A stretch of 64,000 nt of DNA. Origin: a bacterium. GTDB taxonomy: Archaea > Thermoplasmatota > E2 > JACPAO01 > JAHFTW01. Positions within the stretch are counted from its first letter, which is position 1. Each line of letters opens with the position of its first letter. Shown here piece by piece: positions 27,901 through 36,687 of this stretch. The stretch is from positions 314,930 through 378,929 of the forward strand of contig JAZJZE010000009.1 in the NCBI GenBank assembly GCA_040390065.1. Reading direction: 5' to 3'. Position numbers and translations under genes: made by a program. Under the pieces are notes generated by a model. It made no database searches. It had not been told where the DNA came from and was given only the letters and a program-made list of their open reading frames with translations.

Positions 27901-29637
27901 CTACATCTCGTCCAGGGCCGGGATGCCCAACGCCTGAAGCGCAGCCCGCATGGCTTCCTGCGCGGCCGCCACCGTGGCAAGGCGTACGCCCTGCACTTTC
28001 GCGTCCTCGCATTCGATGACGCGGTGGTCGCGGTAGTACTCGTTGAAGGCCCCCGCCAACTCGAGGGCATATGCGGCAAAGCGCTGCGGGGCAACCCGGG
28101 ACACAGATTCCTCAGCGGCCGTGGCAAAGCGTGCGACCACGGCGAGCAAGCGGTCTTCACCTGGCCCCGTCGCGGCATCGCGAATGCGCGGCACGAAGAT
28201 GTGGGCGGCCTCGGCCTTGCGCATGAGGCTCGCGGCCCGCGCGTAGGCGTACATGAGGTAGGGCGCGGAGTCGCCGTCGAAGCTCAAGGCTTCCTCCCAG
28301 CGGAACTCGATGGGCTTCTCCGGCTGGATGCGCGCGATGTTGAAGCGCACGGCGGCGACGCCGACCGCCTCGGCAATCGCCCGCAAGGACTCTTCGGGCA
28401 GGTCGTCGCCGCGGCGCTTGTGCACTTCTTCGTAGGCGCGGTCGGCGGCCTCGTCCAGCAGGTCGTCGACGAAGACGACCCGGTTGGCGCGCGTCGACAT
28501 CTTCCCCTCGGGGAGGCTGACGAACGAGTAGAACACGACGGTGGGCCGCTTCACGCCGAGCGCGTCGAGGGCGGCGCCGACCTGGAGGCTCTGCAAACGG
28601 TGGTCCTCGCCGAGGACATCGACGAGGATGCCGTCGCCCACGTGGCGCGCCTTCCACGCGTGGTACGCGATGTCGCGCGTCGCGTAGACCGAGGTGCCGT
28701 CGCCCCGGGTGAAGAAGAACCTGTCCTTCTGCCCCTTGAGGAGGGTGGAGAGGTCGAGGAAGTTCGCGCCGTTGTCGTCGACGCCCGCGATGGGGAGCCG
28801 TTTGAGGCGCGCGATGGTGTCGGCGACGGAGCCATCCAGGACGACGTCGGATTCGTCCTTGATGGAGTCGTAGTGCGCCCCGAGGCGGTCGAGGGATTCG
28901 CGCATGCCGTCGAAGCAGGCCGTGTAGACCATGCGGACCTTGTCGAGCACCTTGGGGTCGGCCGACTCGAGCCGCTCGACGAGGACCTTGACTTGGGCTG
29001 CGACGTCCGGATCCTGTTTGGCCATTTCGTGGGCGGCCTGGTAGTACCGCACGAGGTCGTGGTCGATCTTGTCGCGACCTGCGGGCGGCAGGGTGGCGGG
29101 GTCGAGTGCCCAGCGGCCCCATGACAACGTCGCAACTTGGCGGCCGAGGTTGTCCATGTAGTACTGCACTTCGACGTCGTAACCGGCGGCGCGGTACAGT
29201 CGGGCAAGCGTGTCGCCGACGATGGGGTTGCGGGCCCGACCGACGTGCAGCGGGCCGTTCGGGTTGGCGCTGGTGTGCTCGAGGAGGACCTTCTGCCGCT
29301 TGGGCGCGGGGCGCAGCGCTCCGGCCGGGTCCGAGAGGACGAGGTCCGCGAGGCGGCCTGCGTGCACATGGAAGTTGACGTACGGCCCCTGCGCTTCGAC
29401 CTTCGCCACCCACGTCCGGCCTTCGTTCGGGACGGCGCTGGCCAAGTCGAGGGCGATGACGTCGGGGGCCTTGCGCAGCGCCCTGGCCAACGTGAAGCAG
29501 GGAAGGCCGAGGTCGCCCATGCCCCGCTCTGGCGGGACCTCGAGCGCCGGCATCGGCACCGTGACCCCGAGCGCGGCCGCCGCCCCGAGGACGAGGCGTT
29601 GCACCTCGGCGCGGAAGGCTGCAAGCGGATCGGCCAC
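27901..29637 (-). CDS. argS: Arginyl-tRNA synthetase
   Basis: GDLGLPCF, GPYVNF, EHTSANPNGPLHVGRARN, GKMSTR, APYLMYAYARAAS, FNEYY DALR domain. Confidence 0.96.
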   Translation of the reverse strand: MADPLAAFRAEVQRLVLGAAAALGVTVPMPALEVPPERGMGDLGLPCFTLARALRKAPDVIALDLASAVPNEGRTWVAKVEAQGPYVNFHVHAGRLADLVLSDPAGALRPAPKRQKVLLEHTSANPNGPLHVGRARNPIVGDTLARLYRAAGYDVEVQYYMDNLGRQVATLSWGRWALDPATLPPAGRDKIDHDLVRYYQAAHEMAKQDPDVAAQVKVLVERLESADPKVLDKVRMVYTACFDGMRESLDRLGAHYDSIKDESDVVLDGSVADTIARLKRLPIAGVDDNGANFLDLSTLLKGQKDRFFFTRGDGTSVYATRDIAYHAWKARHVGDGILVDVLGEDHRLQSLQVGAALDALGVKRPTVVFYSFVSLPEGKMSTRANRVVFVDDLLDEAADRAYEEVHKRRGDDLPEESLRAIAEAVGVAAVRFNIARIQPEKPIEFRWEEALSFDGDSAPYLMYAYARAASLMRKAEAAHIFVPRIRDAATGPGEDRLLAVVARFATAAEESVSRVAPQRFAAYALELAGAFNEYYRDHRVIECEDAKVQGVRLATVAAAQEAMRAALQALGIPALDEM

Positions 29638-29709
29638 GGCGCGGCGACCGTGGCGGCGGGAAAAAGGGTTGGGACGCCAACTTGATAGGTCCGACGGCAT
29701 GGCCAATGC

Positions 29710-30549
29710 GTGCAAGCCATCCGCTTCAGCGTCGGAGGCCAGGCGCTGCACGGCGAGTTGCATGAAGCCGAGGGGGGCGCGAAGGGGGGCGTCGTCCTCG
29801 TGCACGGATTCAATTCGTCGTTGGGCGAATTCGGCGGGCTCGCGCCCCGACTGGCACGGGCGGGCTACGACGTCTTGGCCTTCGACCAGCGCGGTTACGG
29901 AAGCTCGGAGGGCGAGCGCGGCCGGACCTCCGTCGAGGCAGCAGTCCAGGACATCGAAGCAGCAGCGGCCGTGCTGCGCAACCGCCTCGGACGAAAGCCC
30001 ATCGGCATCGTCGGCCACAGCCTCGGTGGCGCCTACGCCATCGCCGCCATGGCTCGCACCGACCTGTTTCAGGCTGGCGTTGCCGCACATCCGCTTGATC
30101 GGCTGTTTGACGAACTGAAGTGGTTCGAGAAGATGGGCTACCACGTCATCGGCAAGCGCGCCGAACGCAAGATGGCAAAGGGCAAGGCGGCCGGGACGAT
30201 TCCCTACAAACTCAGCTACGAGAAGCTCTTCGTGTCCAAGGAGGCTGCACGCGCGGCACGCGCCGACGCGTTCCTGCTCGGCCGCGTGAGCCTCGCCAAC
30301 TACCGTCCCGCCCTCACGATGTCGGCCTCCACGTGGGCGCGCGAGGTACGCAAGCCCGTGCTTGTCGTGAGCAGCCCCCATGACCGCGCCGTCCGCCCCG
30401 CCCACACGCGGGCCGTCTTCGGCGCGTTGGCAGGTCCCAAGGAGTTCATCGAACATGGCGGCGGGCACTCCTGCTTCCGCGACGTCGACGGAGAGCGCTT
30501 GGCCAACGAGACGGCGGCCTGGCTGGACCGTTGGATGGTGCCGTCGTGA
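29710..30549 (+). CDS. Alpha/beta hydrolase (lysophospholipase/monoglyceride lipase-like)
   Basis: VVLVHGF, DQRGYGSSEG, VGHSLGG, HDRAV, GGHS. Confidence 0.88.
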   Translation: MQAIRFSVGGQALHGELHEAEGGAKGGVVLVHGFNSSLGEFGGLAPRLARAGYDVLAFDQRGYGSSEGERGRTSVEAAVQDIEAAAAVLRNRLGRKPIGIVGHSLGGAYAIAAMARTDLFQAGVAAHPLDRLFDELKWFEKMGYHVIGKRAERKMAKGKAAGTIPYKLSYEKLFVSKEAARAARADAFLLGRVSLANYRPALTMSASTWAREVRKPVLVVSSPHDRAVRPAHTRAVFGALAGPKEFIEHGGGHSCFRDVDGERLANETAAWLDRWMVPS

Positions 30550-31289
30550 CCGACGCGCCGGGAAACGGCATCGCCTTCTTCGACTTCGACAACACGCTCA
30601 TCGACGGCGACGCCGGCCCCCTGTTCGGCTGGTACCTGTTCTTGTGGCGGCGCCACGAATTGGAAGGCCACCGCTGGAAACGCCTGCGCCTGTGGCTACG
30701 CTACGTCCCGTTTGCAACGTGGATGGGCATCGAGGCCGCATTCTACAAACTGGGCGCCGTGCGGCGCAGCACGCTGGTTCGGGCATCGTACAAGGGCCTG
30801 CGCGGCGTGCCGAGCAAAGACTTCTACCCGCTCATGCACGATTTTGCCTCCGAAATCCTCGTCCCGCGCCTGTACCCGGACATGGCTGGCGTCGTACGCA
30901 CCCACCTGGCGGCGGGTCGCCGCGTCGTCGTCGTCACGACGGGGATGGAAGCGCTCGTGCGCCACGTCATCGACGCCATCGACCCGCGCATCGAACTCAT
31001 CGGCTGCCGGCTGCGCGAACGCAACGGCAAGCTGTCGGGGCGCGTCGACGGCCCGCTCTTCGGCCTTGACAAAGCCAACATCCTGCACGCCTTCGCGCGC
31101 GCCGCGGGACAGCGCTCGGGGGATTGCTGGGCGTACTCGGACCACTGGTCGGACAAGCACATGCTGGAAGCCGTGGGCCACCCCGTGGCAGTGAATCCAC
31201 GCGGCAAGTTCCGCCGCCGTGCCCGCAAGGCCGGCTGGCAGGTCCTCGAAGTCTCGATGCCGCCTACTTCGCAGCCGGCTTCGGCTTGA
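30546..31289 (+). CDS. HAD-IB family hydrolase
   Basis: AFFDFDNTL, VVVTT, K motif, AYSDHWSD, VGHPVAVNP. Confidence 0.88.
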   Translation: MTDAPGNGIAFFDFDNTLIDGDAGPLFGWYLFLWRRHELEGHRWKRLRLWLRYVPFATWMGIEAAFYKLGAVRRSTLVRASYKGLRGVPSKDFYPLMHDFASEILVPRLYPDMAGVVRTHLAAGRRVVVVTTGMEALVRHVIDAIDPRIELIGCRLRERNGKLSGRVDGPLFGLDKANILHAFARAAGQRSGDCWAYSDHWSDKHMLEAVGHPVAVNPRGKFRRRARKAGWQVLEVSMPPTSQPASA

Positions 31290-31980
31290 CCGTCGCGTAC
31301 ATCCACATCAGGATGAGCACAAGGCCGAGCACGGCCAGTGGCGAGTACCAGTCCTTGAAGGTGTTGCCGCGGGAGTAGCCGTGGGCGCCGAAGACCATGC
31401 CCCAAAGCATCGGAATGGAGAACCACGTGTTCAGGCGGCTGGCCAGGACGGCGGTCTTGACCAGGGGCGCGTTCTCGTCGCCGAGGCGCTTCTTCTCGGC
31501 GTCGTCCGTGGAGGCGGCGATGGCCTTGTTGTTGAGGAGAATCTTCTTTTGGCGCGGCCAGATGACGAACCAGACGTTGAAGGCCATGACGAGCGCCAGG
31601 ACAATGCCCATCGAGATGGCGTATCCAGTCATGCCGTTGTGCAAGAAGTAGCAGGCCAAACCGGAACCGGCGGTGCCGTCCGGGCACTGCGTGATGGCCG
31701 TGCCATCCGGAAGGCTCGACATGTGCATCTGCTCGACGCCGAGGAGCAGCAGGCCGAAGAGCACGGTGAAGGCGGCGCCCCAGCGGAACCAGAACAGCGT
31801 CTTCACCGTGATTGGGCCCGTGACCTTCTCGGCCATGTTCGCCTCGTACGGCTTCTTCATCTGGAACTTCAGGAGGGGCAAGTTCACGAGGTTGAAGAAA
31901 TACAACATGCCAATCCAGGTGATGCCCGACAGGATGTGCAGGAACCGGATGACGGTCTCGTTGTCCGCAAGGGAGGCCAT
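31264..31980 (-). CDS. PuuD-like (urate hydroxylase N-terminal domain) membrane protein
   Basis: RFLHILSGITWIGMLYFFN, LFWFRWGA, MAFNVWFVIWPRQKK, ASRLNTWFSIPML; no cytochrome c domain. Confidence 0.75.
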   Translation of the reverse strand: MASLADNETVIRFLHILSGITWIGMLYFFNLVNLPLLKFQMKKPYEANMAEKVTGPITVKTLFWFRWGAAFTVLFGLLLLGVEQMHMSSLPDGTAITQCPDGTAGSGLACYFLHNGMTGYAISMGIVLALVMAFNVWFVIWPRQKKILLNNKAIAASTDDAEKKRLGDENAPLVKTAVLASRLNTWFSIPMLWGMVFGAHGYSRGNTFKDWYSPLAVLGLVLILMWMYATVKPKPAAK

Positions 31981-32077
31981 GGCTTGGCCAACCCCCTTGG
32001 ATATTTCAACCTGATTTTAGCGTCGCAAGGCGGGGGGCGACCGAAAAGCCCATCACGGGCGCCTCCGACTCGGCGGC

Positions 32078-32185
32078 GTGGACAAGGAAGCCCGGCGCAC
32101 CCTGCGCAACCGCATCATCCTCCTGGCCATCGTCGCCATCTTCGTCATCTCCGGCCTCGCCGTCGTCCTGACTTCGCAGAAGTGA
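32078..32185 (+). CDS. 35-aa single-TM microprotein (absent from ORF track)
   Basis: GTG..TGA encodes MDKEARRTLRNRIILLAIVAIFVISGLAVVLTSQK, with nearly all codons ending in G/C. Confidence 0.65.
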   Translation: MDKEARRTLRNRIILLAIVAIFVISGLAVVLTSQK

Positions 32186-32186
32186 T

Positions 32187-32582
32187 TCAGGCGAAGACCG
32201 ATTGCAGGGTGCCGGTCCAGACGGGGCCGATCTGGTGGTGGAACACGGGGTACCTCTCTTCGACGCGGCGCTCGAGTTCCTTGGCGGCGCGGTACAACGC
32301 CTCCACGAATGGCCCGGGGTCCTCGACGGCCTCGACCACGAAGGCGCGCGGCAGGAAACCAATCTGCAGACCCTCGTAAGGGCCCAAGGCGTCCTCCAGC
32401 ATGCCGGAGAGCGCGCGGCCCAGGTCACCCTGGAGCCACGCGGAGTACCGCACAGGCATGACGACTTTGGACGTCGCCGAGCGCGGAAGGCGCCGCGAGG
32501 CGAGGCGGGCGTTGACGGTCGCGGAGGTCGAGGGGACAGAGGGCTGCGGTTGCAGGGGTTCGAGTTGTAGGGTCAAGCCCAT
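32187..32582 (-). CDS. Hypothetical protein
   Basis: Globular-looking C-terminal part (YSAWLQGDLGRAL...PVFHHQIGPVW) with normal codon bias. Start uncertain. Confidence 0.55.
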   Translation of the reverse strand: MGLTLQLEPLQPQPSVPSTSATVNARLASRRLPRSATSKVVMPVRYSAWLQGDLGRALSGMLEDALGPYEGLQIGFLPRAFVVEAVEDPGPFVEALYRAAKELERRVEERYPVFHHQIGPVWTGTLQSVFA

Positions 32583-32695
32583 GCGACGACCATGGGCATG
32601 CCAGGGACTTGACCATGCCCGGGGGCCGCGCGAAATCGGACAGACGCGGGTGTCGTGGCGGGATGGTCGGGTCGCCCGGCGACGGGGCCCGACGA

Positions 32696-33571
32696 CTACG
32701 GATACGGGTCGATTGGAGCCTTGCATTGGTCGTCGTTGAAGCGGTACAGGTGGCCTTCGACTTCGGTGTCGTCGGTGAAGCCGTCGAACCCGCCGCGGCC
32801 CCCAATGTAAGGGTCTCCCATTTTCGACTGGAGCATAGGGGGGCGCATATGGCCGGTGGCGGGTACTACGCCAGGCTGGGCGGTTTGACTTGCCGCCGTC
32901 CAATCCAGGAGAGAAACGTGTCCGTGGGTTTCCCAGGCGACCCGCCGGATGATGCTTTCGGGGGAGTCGTAGGCGTGCAGTCGCTGATCTTGGACCTCGG
33001 AAACCTCTCCGCCTTCGGGTCTCCAACTGGCTGCCATCTTGTCGCCCTGGAAGGTCACGTTGATGGCCGTGTTCAAGGCGGGGAAGCCCAGTTCATCGCG
33101 CAGGAATCGGGTGACGTTCGCGTCGTCGACATAGATTGCATTCAGGATGTAGAAATTGTCGAACTGACCTCGGCGGCAGGCGGCAGGCGTGGTCATGTTG
33201 GTGTGCAACTCAAGGATGAACTGCAGCGGTCGCTCGTAGGGGCCCCACTGCACGCGCGCGCAATCGAAGAGTGCGACCCCGAGTTCGCTGCCAGGGCCCG
33301 AGGTTCCACTCCAGTTCGCAGGCGGTCCGCCCGGGTTTGTGGAGCCCGGCCAGGTCTCCGATGTCTCGAACATGCGGCAAGCGTTCCAAGTCGTGAAGAG
33401 AGGATCGGTGGCGTTTTCGAAACCGATCGGCACGGAGGGTGGCGTCGCGGTCGTCGCATCTGTCGATGGTGAAGAGGAAGACAGGATTGTTTTGGAAGTC
33501 GTCATGCACCCGGACGCAAGGAGCAGTAGAGTGAAACCAAGCGCCCGCAACGGTGGTTGCATGGTCAACAC
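32696..33571 (-). CDS. Cassette A lipoprotein (paralogue of 39408-40295)
   Basis: Lipobox LASGC; TTWNAC, TNPGGPPANWS, ERPLQFILELHTN and EGHLYRFNDDQCK shared with copy B. Confidence 0.8.
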   Translation of the reverse strand: MLTMQPPLRALGFTLLLLASGCMTTSKTILSSSSPSTDATTATPPSVPIGFENATDPLFTTWNACRMFETSETWPGSTNPGGPPANWSGTSGPGSELGVALFDCARVQWGPYERPLQFILELHTNMTTPAACRRGQFDNFYILNAIYVDDANVTRFLRDELGFPALNTAINVTFQGDKMAASWRPEGGEVSEVQDQRLHAYDSPESIIRRVAWETHGHVSLLDWTAASQTAQPGVVPATGHMRPPMLQSKMGDPYIGGRGGFDGFTDDTEVEGHLYRFNDDQCKAPIDPYP

Positions 33572-34092
33572 TCCGTGCTATCGGGAGACGTGCCGAGGCC
33601 GAGCCGGTATTGGCCGGGGGTCGGCAACTTCGTAAGCGAGGGGGGTTCATCGTTCGGGCCTGCCGGAAAATGAACTAGGAACGGGTTGCCCTTCATCTGA
33701 CCGCCAGTGTGAATGGAAACAGGGAAGAAAGGGGAAAGACCCGGCAGGACGCCGCCCGTGTTGGCTTTGAATTGGAGGCACAACACGCCGACGCGTGGTG
33801 TGCACTTGGTCAGGTCGCCGACCGGATTGGCTGGCGTTGCGGGCAGGATTTCGGCCCAATTGCGGACCACGTCGCGCAGGCAGTCCCACGTCGCCGCCGC
33901 GTCGGCCGTCAAGCCGCACGCGTCGCCGGGTGGCGGGGCCGGCGGATTGCATGCGGTCGCGTTGATTGCGTTGATGGCAGCCGTGACGACGTCCACGACG
34001 GCCTGGTCAAGGGTCTCGGGGTCGTCCGCGACGGCGGCGGGCAGGACGAAGAGCATGATGGTGGCGGTTGCGGCGAGTCGGCTGGCATTCAT
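33565..34092 (-). CDS. Cassette A small secreted Cys-containing protein (paralogue of 38917-39414)
   Basis: Signal peptide ending AVA; VVRNWA, GVLCLQF, TGGQMKG, GQYRL, terminal Cys. Confidence 0.75.
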   Translation of the reverse strand: MNASRLAATATIMLFVLPAAVADDPETLDQAVVDVVTAAINAINATACNPPAPPPGDACGLTADAAATWDCLRDVVRNWAEILPATPANPVGDLTKCTPRVGVLCLQFKANTGGVLPGLSPFFPVSIHTGGQMKGNPFLVHFPAGPNDEPPSLTKLPTPGQYRLGLGTSPDSTEC

Positions 34093-34260
34093 GGCGGGCC
34101 CGGAGGTGAGATTGCTGCACCGTACTTAGATGGCGTCGGACAACCATTGGTGTCGACTCCGCCAACAGGAGGCGCAGGCGGGGACCGACTTGCCTTGCAA
34201 CTACATGAAACCGATGGAAGGTTTCCGTCCCGCTGATAGCGATTTTCCGGAAATCGCTAG
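34093..34260 (-). promoter_or_regulatory. Conserved upstream region of cassette A with perfect palindrome at 34237-34259
   Basis: TAGCGATTT-TCCGG-AAATCGCTA; colinear blocks shared with 38750-38916. Confidence 0.7.
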
Positions 34261-34301
34261 GCATGGCTCCCGGCGCTGGCCAAAGAGGGGTCAGCGAGGC
34301 T

Positions 34302-35795
34302 TCAACCCGCCACGGGCGTCCGGCGCAACATCGTTCCGCCCATCTGCACGCCGACCGCGCCGCGGCTCGTGATCGTGTCCTTCGCCGTGCCGGTCGGCGT
34401 GGCGCAGGTGTCGTTGCACAGGTCGACGAGGGACACCCACACTTGGCCCGTCTTGGGGTGGATCTGGATGTCGAAGAAGTCGAACATGCCGCTGCAACGG
34501 CCGGCACACGCGCCGCGCTTCAACGGATCCACGACGGGGTTGGCAGTGACCGAAGCGAAGACGGGGTCCGGCTTGTCGGCGTCGAGGCTGAAGCCCAGGT
34601 AGCCGTTCCACGTCGCATTGGCCAGCGCCGCGTCCTTGGCGGTGAATCCGCCCGGCACGGTGCTGCCGACGTAAAGGAAGGCGATGCGGCCGCCGTCGCC
34701 CGCCGTCACGGCCGGGAACTTGGCCGCCGTGACGCCGGGGGCGGTGACGTTCATGCTGGCCTCGAACGTCTGGCCGTCGTCGTGGCTCACGGCGAGGCGA
34801 GGGAAGCCTTGGCCGTCGAGCCAGAAGTAATAGACCGTGCCGTTGGCGTCCGCGGCGACGGAGCCGTCGTGGCCGGAAATGCCGGCCGTACCGTCGACCA
34901 CGACCTGCGTCCACGTCGTGCCCATGTCGGTGCTGCGCGCGACTTCGGGGAAGCCGCACTGGCCCTTGGGAAGGAACACGGTGCCCGTCTTCTGCGAAGC
35001 GTAGACGTGCCCCGACAGGCCGCCGCAGAAGTCGGGTTGGCCGCCTTCGCCCTGGCCGGAGGTCGCGCCGGGGTACGGCGGCGCGCCGGCAACCCAGTCG
35101 AGGCCGCCGTCGAGACTGCGCGAGCAACTCGTGGCCGCGATCTGGTTGACGCAGTAGTACAGGACACGAGGGTAGACCGGGTTGGGAACGGCGGGTGCCA
35201 CGACGGGACCGGCCGCGATGCTCTGGTGGTCGTCGACGGGGATGCCGCAGGCGATCGGGTTGGTGGTCCACGTGACACCGTCGTCGTCGGTGTAGCTGAG
35301 GTCTGCGCAGCCGACGTACAGGTCGATGGTGAACAGGCGGCCCGTTGCCGGGTCGGCGTAGACGAACGGGTCGAGGCTGACCGGGTTCCCGGCCACGGCG
35401 CCGGCGTTGCCGATGGTCGGCGTGCGGTCGGTCCAGGTCGTGCCGTTGTCGGTGGAGATGTAGATGAGCGTCCGAGGTGCTGCGCCGGGCATGGCGGCCA
35501 CGGCGTCGAACTCGATGCTGGGGTAGATGGCGGCGCCGCGTGCGTTGACGCCGATGGTCGGCTCGCCCGAACCGCGCTTGGCGACGTAGTGCTCGGCCAT
35601 GACCGGGATGTCGCCGGGGTATTGGCTGGCATCCACGATGACGCCATCGGCGCGGTGCACGACGGGGACCTGGCCCGGCGCAGGCAGCGGGGGCGTCGTG
35701 TCCGTGCTGGAAGTCGAGGTGTTGCCGTTGTTGCCGGAACAGCCGGCGACGACGAGGGCGGCGATGGAGAGGGCCGCAAACAGGATGGCGCGCAT
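34302..35795 (-). CDS. Lipoprotein with BNR/Asp-box repeats (sialidase-like)
   Basis: Lipobox VAGC; STDNGTTW, TDDDGVTW, SLDGGLDW, STDMGTTW, SHDDGQTF. Confidence 0.85.
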   Translation of the reverse strand: MRAILFAALSIAALVVAGCSGNNGNTSTSSTDTTPPLPAPGQVPVVHRADGVIVDASQYPGDIPVMAEHYVAKRGSGEPTIGVNARGAAIYPSIEFDAVAAMPGAAPRTLIYISTDNGTTWTDRTPTIGNAGAVAGNPVSLDPFVYADPATGRLFTIDLYVGCADLSYTDDDGVTWTTNPIACGIPVDDHQSIAAGPVVAPAVPNPVYPRVLYYCVNQIAATSCSRSLDGGLDWVAGAPPYPGATSGQGEGGQPDFCGGLSGHVYASQKTGTVFLPKGQCGFPEVARSTDMGTTWTQVVVDGTAGISGHDGSVAADANGTVYYFWLDGQGFPRLAVSHDDGQTFEASMNVTAPGVTAAKFPAVTAGDGGRIAFLYVGSTVPGGFTAKDAALANATWNGYLGFSLDADKPDPVFASVTANPVVDPLKRGACAGRCSGMFDFFDIQIHPKTGQVWVSLVDLCNDTCATPTGTAKDTITSRGAVGVQMGGTMLRRTPVAG

Positions 35796-35821
35796 CACAC
35801 GGCGACGAGGGGTGGGGGATT

Positions 35822-36511
35822 TCACGTTTGTTGCAGCCGCCGCTCCGTCGGCCTGTGCGGGTGCAACGCCACGGGGCGCTCCAGGACGGGCTCAGGCTCG
35901 GCGTAGTCGAGGAGTGTCGTGCGGTGGGCAAGCATCGGGTCGAGGGCCACGCCGATCTCGGGCGTGACGCGCCAGCGCCCTGCCGTCGCGGCGACGCTCC
36001 AGCGCACGTCGGCGGCGTCGTACGTAAGCTGTGCGAGGACGGGGTGCGACTTCCACCAGCGCGCCATGTCGAGGCCGAGCATGATGGGGATGCGGTGGCG
36101 GCGCGCAACGTTCCGGAGGTGCCGCACGGCGTAGCGCGTGTAGTCCTCGGCTTCCCAGTCGGCCAGTTCGTCCGTGGAGAACAGGCGGTCGAAGGGCACG
36201 ACGAGGGCGAGGCTGGCCTCCGTCTGGGCGAGTTTTTCCGGCAAGTGTTTCGTGAGCACGGTGTCCCATTGGAACGGCGTCATGCAGCGTTTGATGAGCA
36301 TGCGTTGGGCGCCGTCGTCGGCGGCAAGGCCTCGCGTCAGGTTCAGTTCGGCAAAATCGTAGGGGTCGAAGCCGTGGTCGCCGTCGCACCAGAGCACGTG
36401 GCCCGGATGCGTCCGCAGCGCGAAGTGGGCAAGTTCCTGGCTGAAGCCGCGCACGTCGCGGCCGGAGCCGTGCAGCAAGGCAAGGCCGGGCTGCAGGAGA
36501 GGGGCCCACAC
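35822..36511 (-). CDS. Inactivated RecA/RadA-fold protein (iRadA/ImuA-like)
   Basis: VLWCDGDHGFDPY...RMLIKRCMTPFQ resembles the RadA-like D...FDPY..I.R.FT.YQ signature; no Walker A GKT/S. Confidence 0.6.
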   Translation of the reverse strand: MWAPLLQPGLALLHGSGRDVRGFSQELAHFALRTHPGHVLWCDGDHGFDPYDFAELNLTRGLAADDGAQRMLIKRCMTPFQWDTVLTKHLPEKLAQTEASLALVVPFDRLFSTDELADWEAEDYTRYAVRHLRNVARRHRIPIMLGLDMARWWKSHPVLAQLTYDAADVRWSVAATAGRWRVTPEIGVALDPMLAHRTTLLDYAEPEPVLERPVALHPHRPTERRLQQT

Positions 36512-36687
36512 ATGTCCAGGTACGAGGGCAACGAACGAAGGCTTGGTGATGAGGTAAGTGAAAGCCGCGCGCCCCTTGACAGGCCCAAACCCTTGTTGCA
36601 CATATCGGCCGGAAACTCTTTACGGACTCCAAGGGGATGGCCTGCCGTTCCAGCATGCGACGGGGCTCAGGCAGGTCGGCTCGCACC

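Noticed and set aside
36519-36540. LexA-like box (GTAC...GAAC) upstream of the RadA-like gene
   Set aside because: Single weak instance with non-standard spacing; not supportable.
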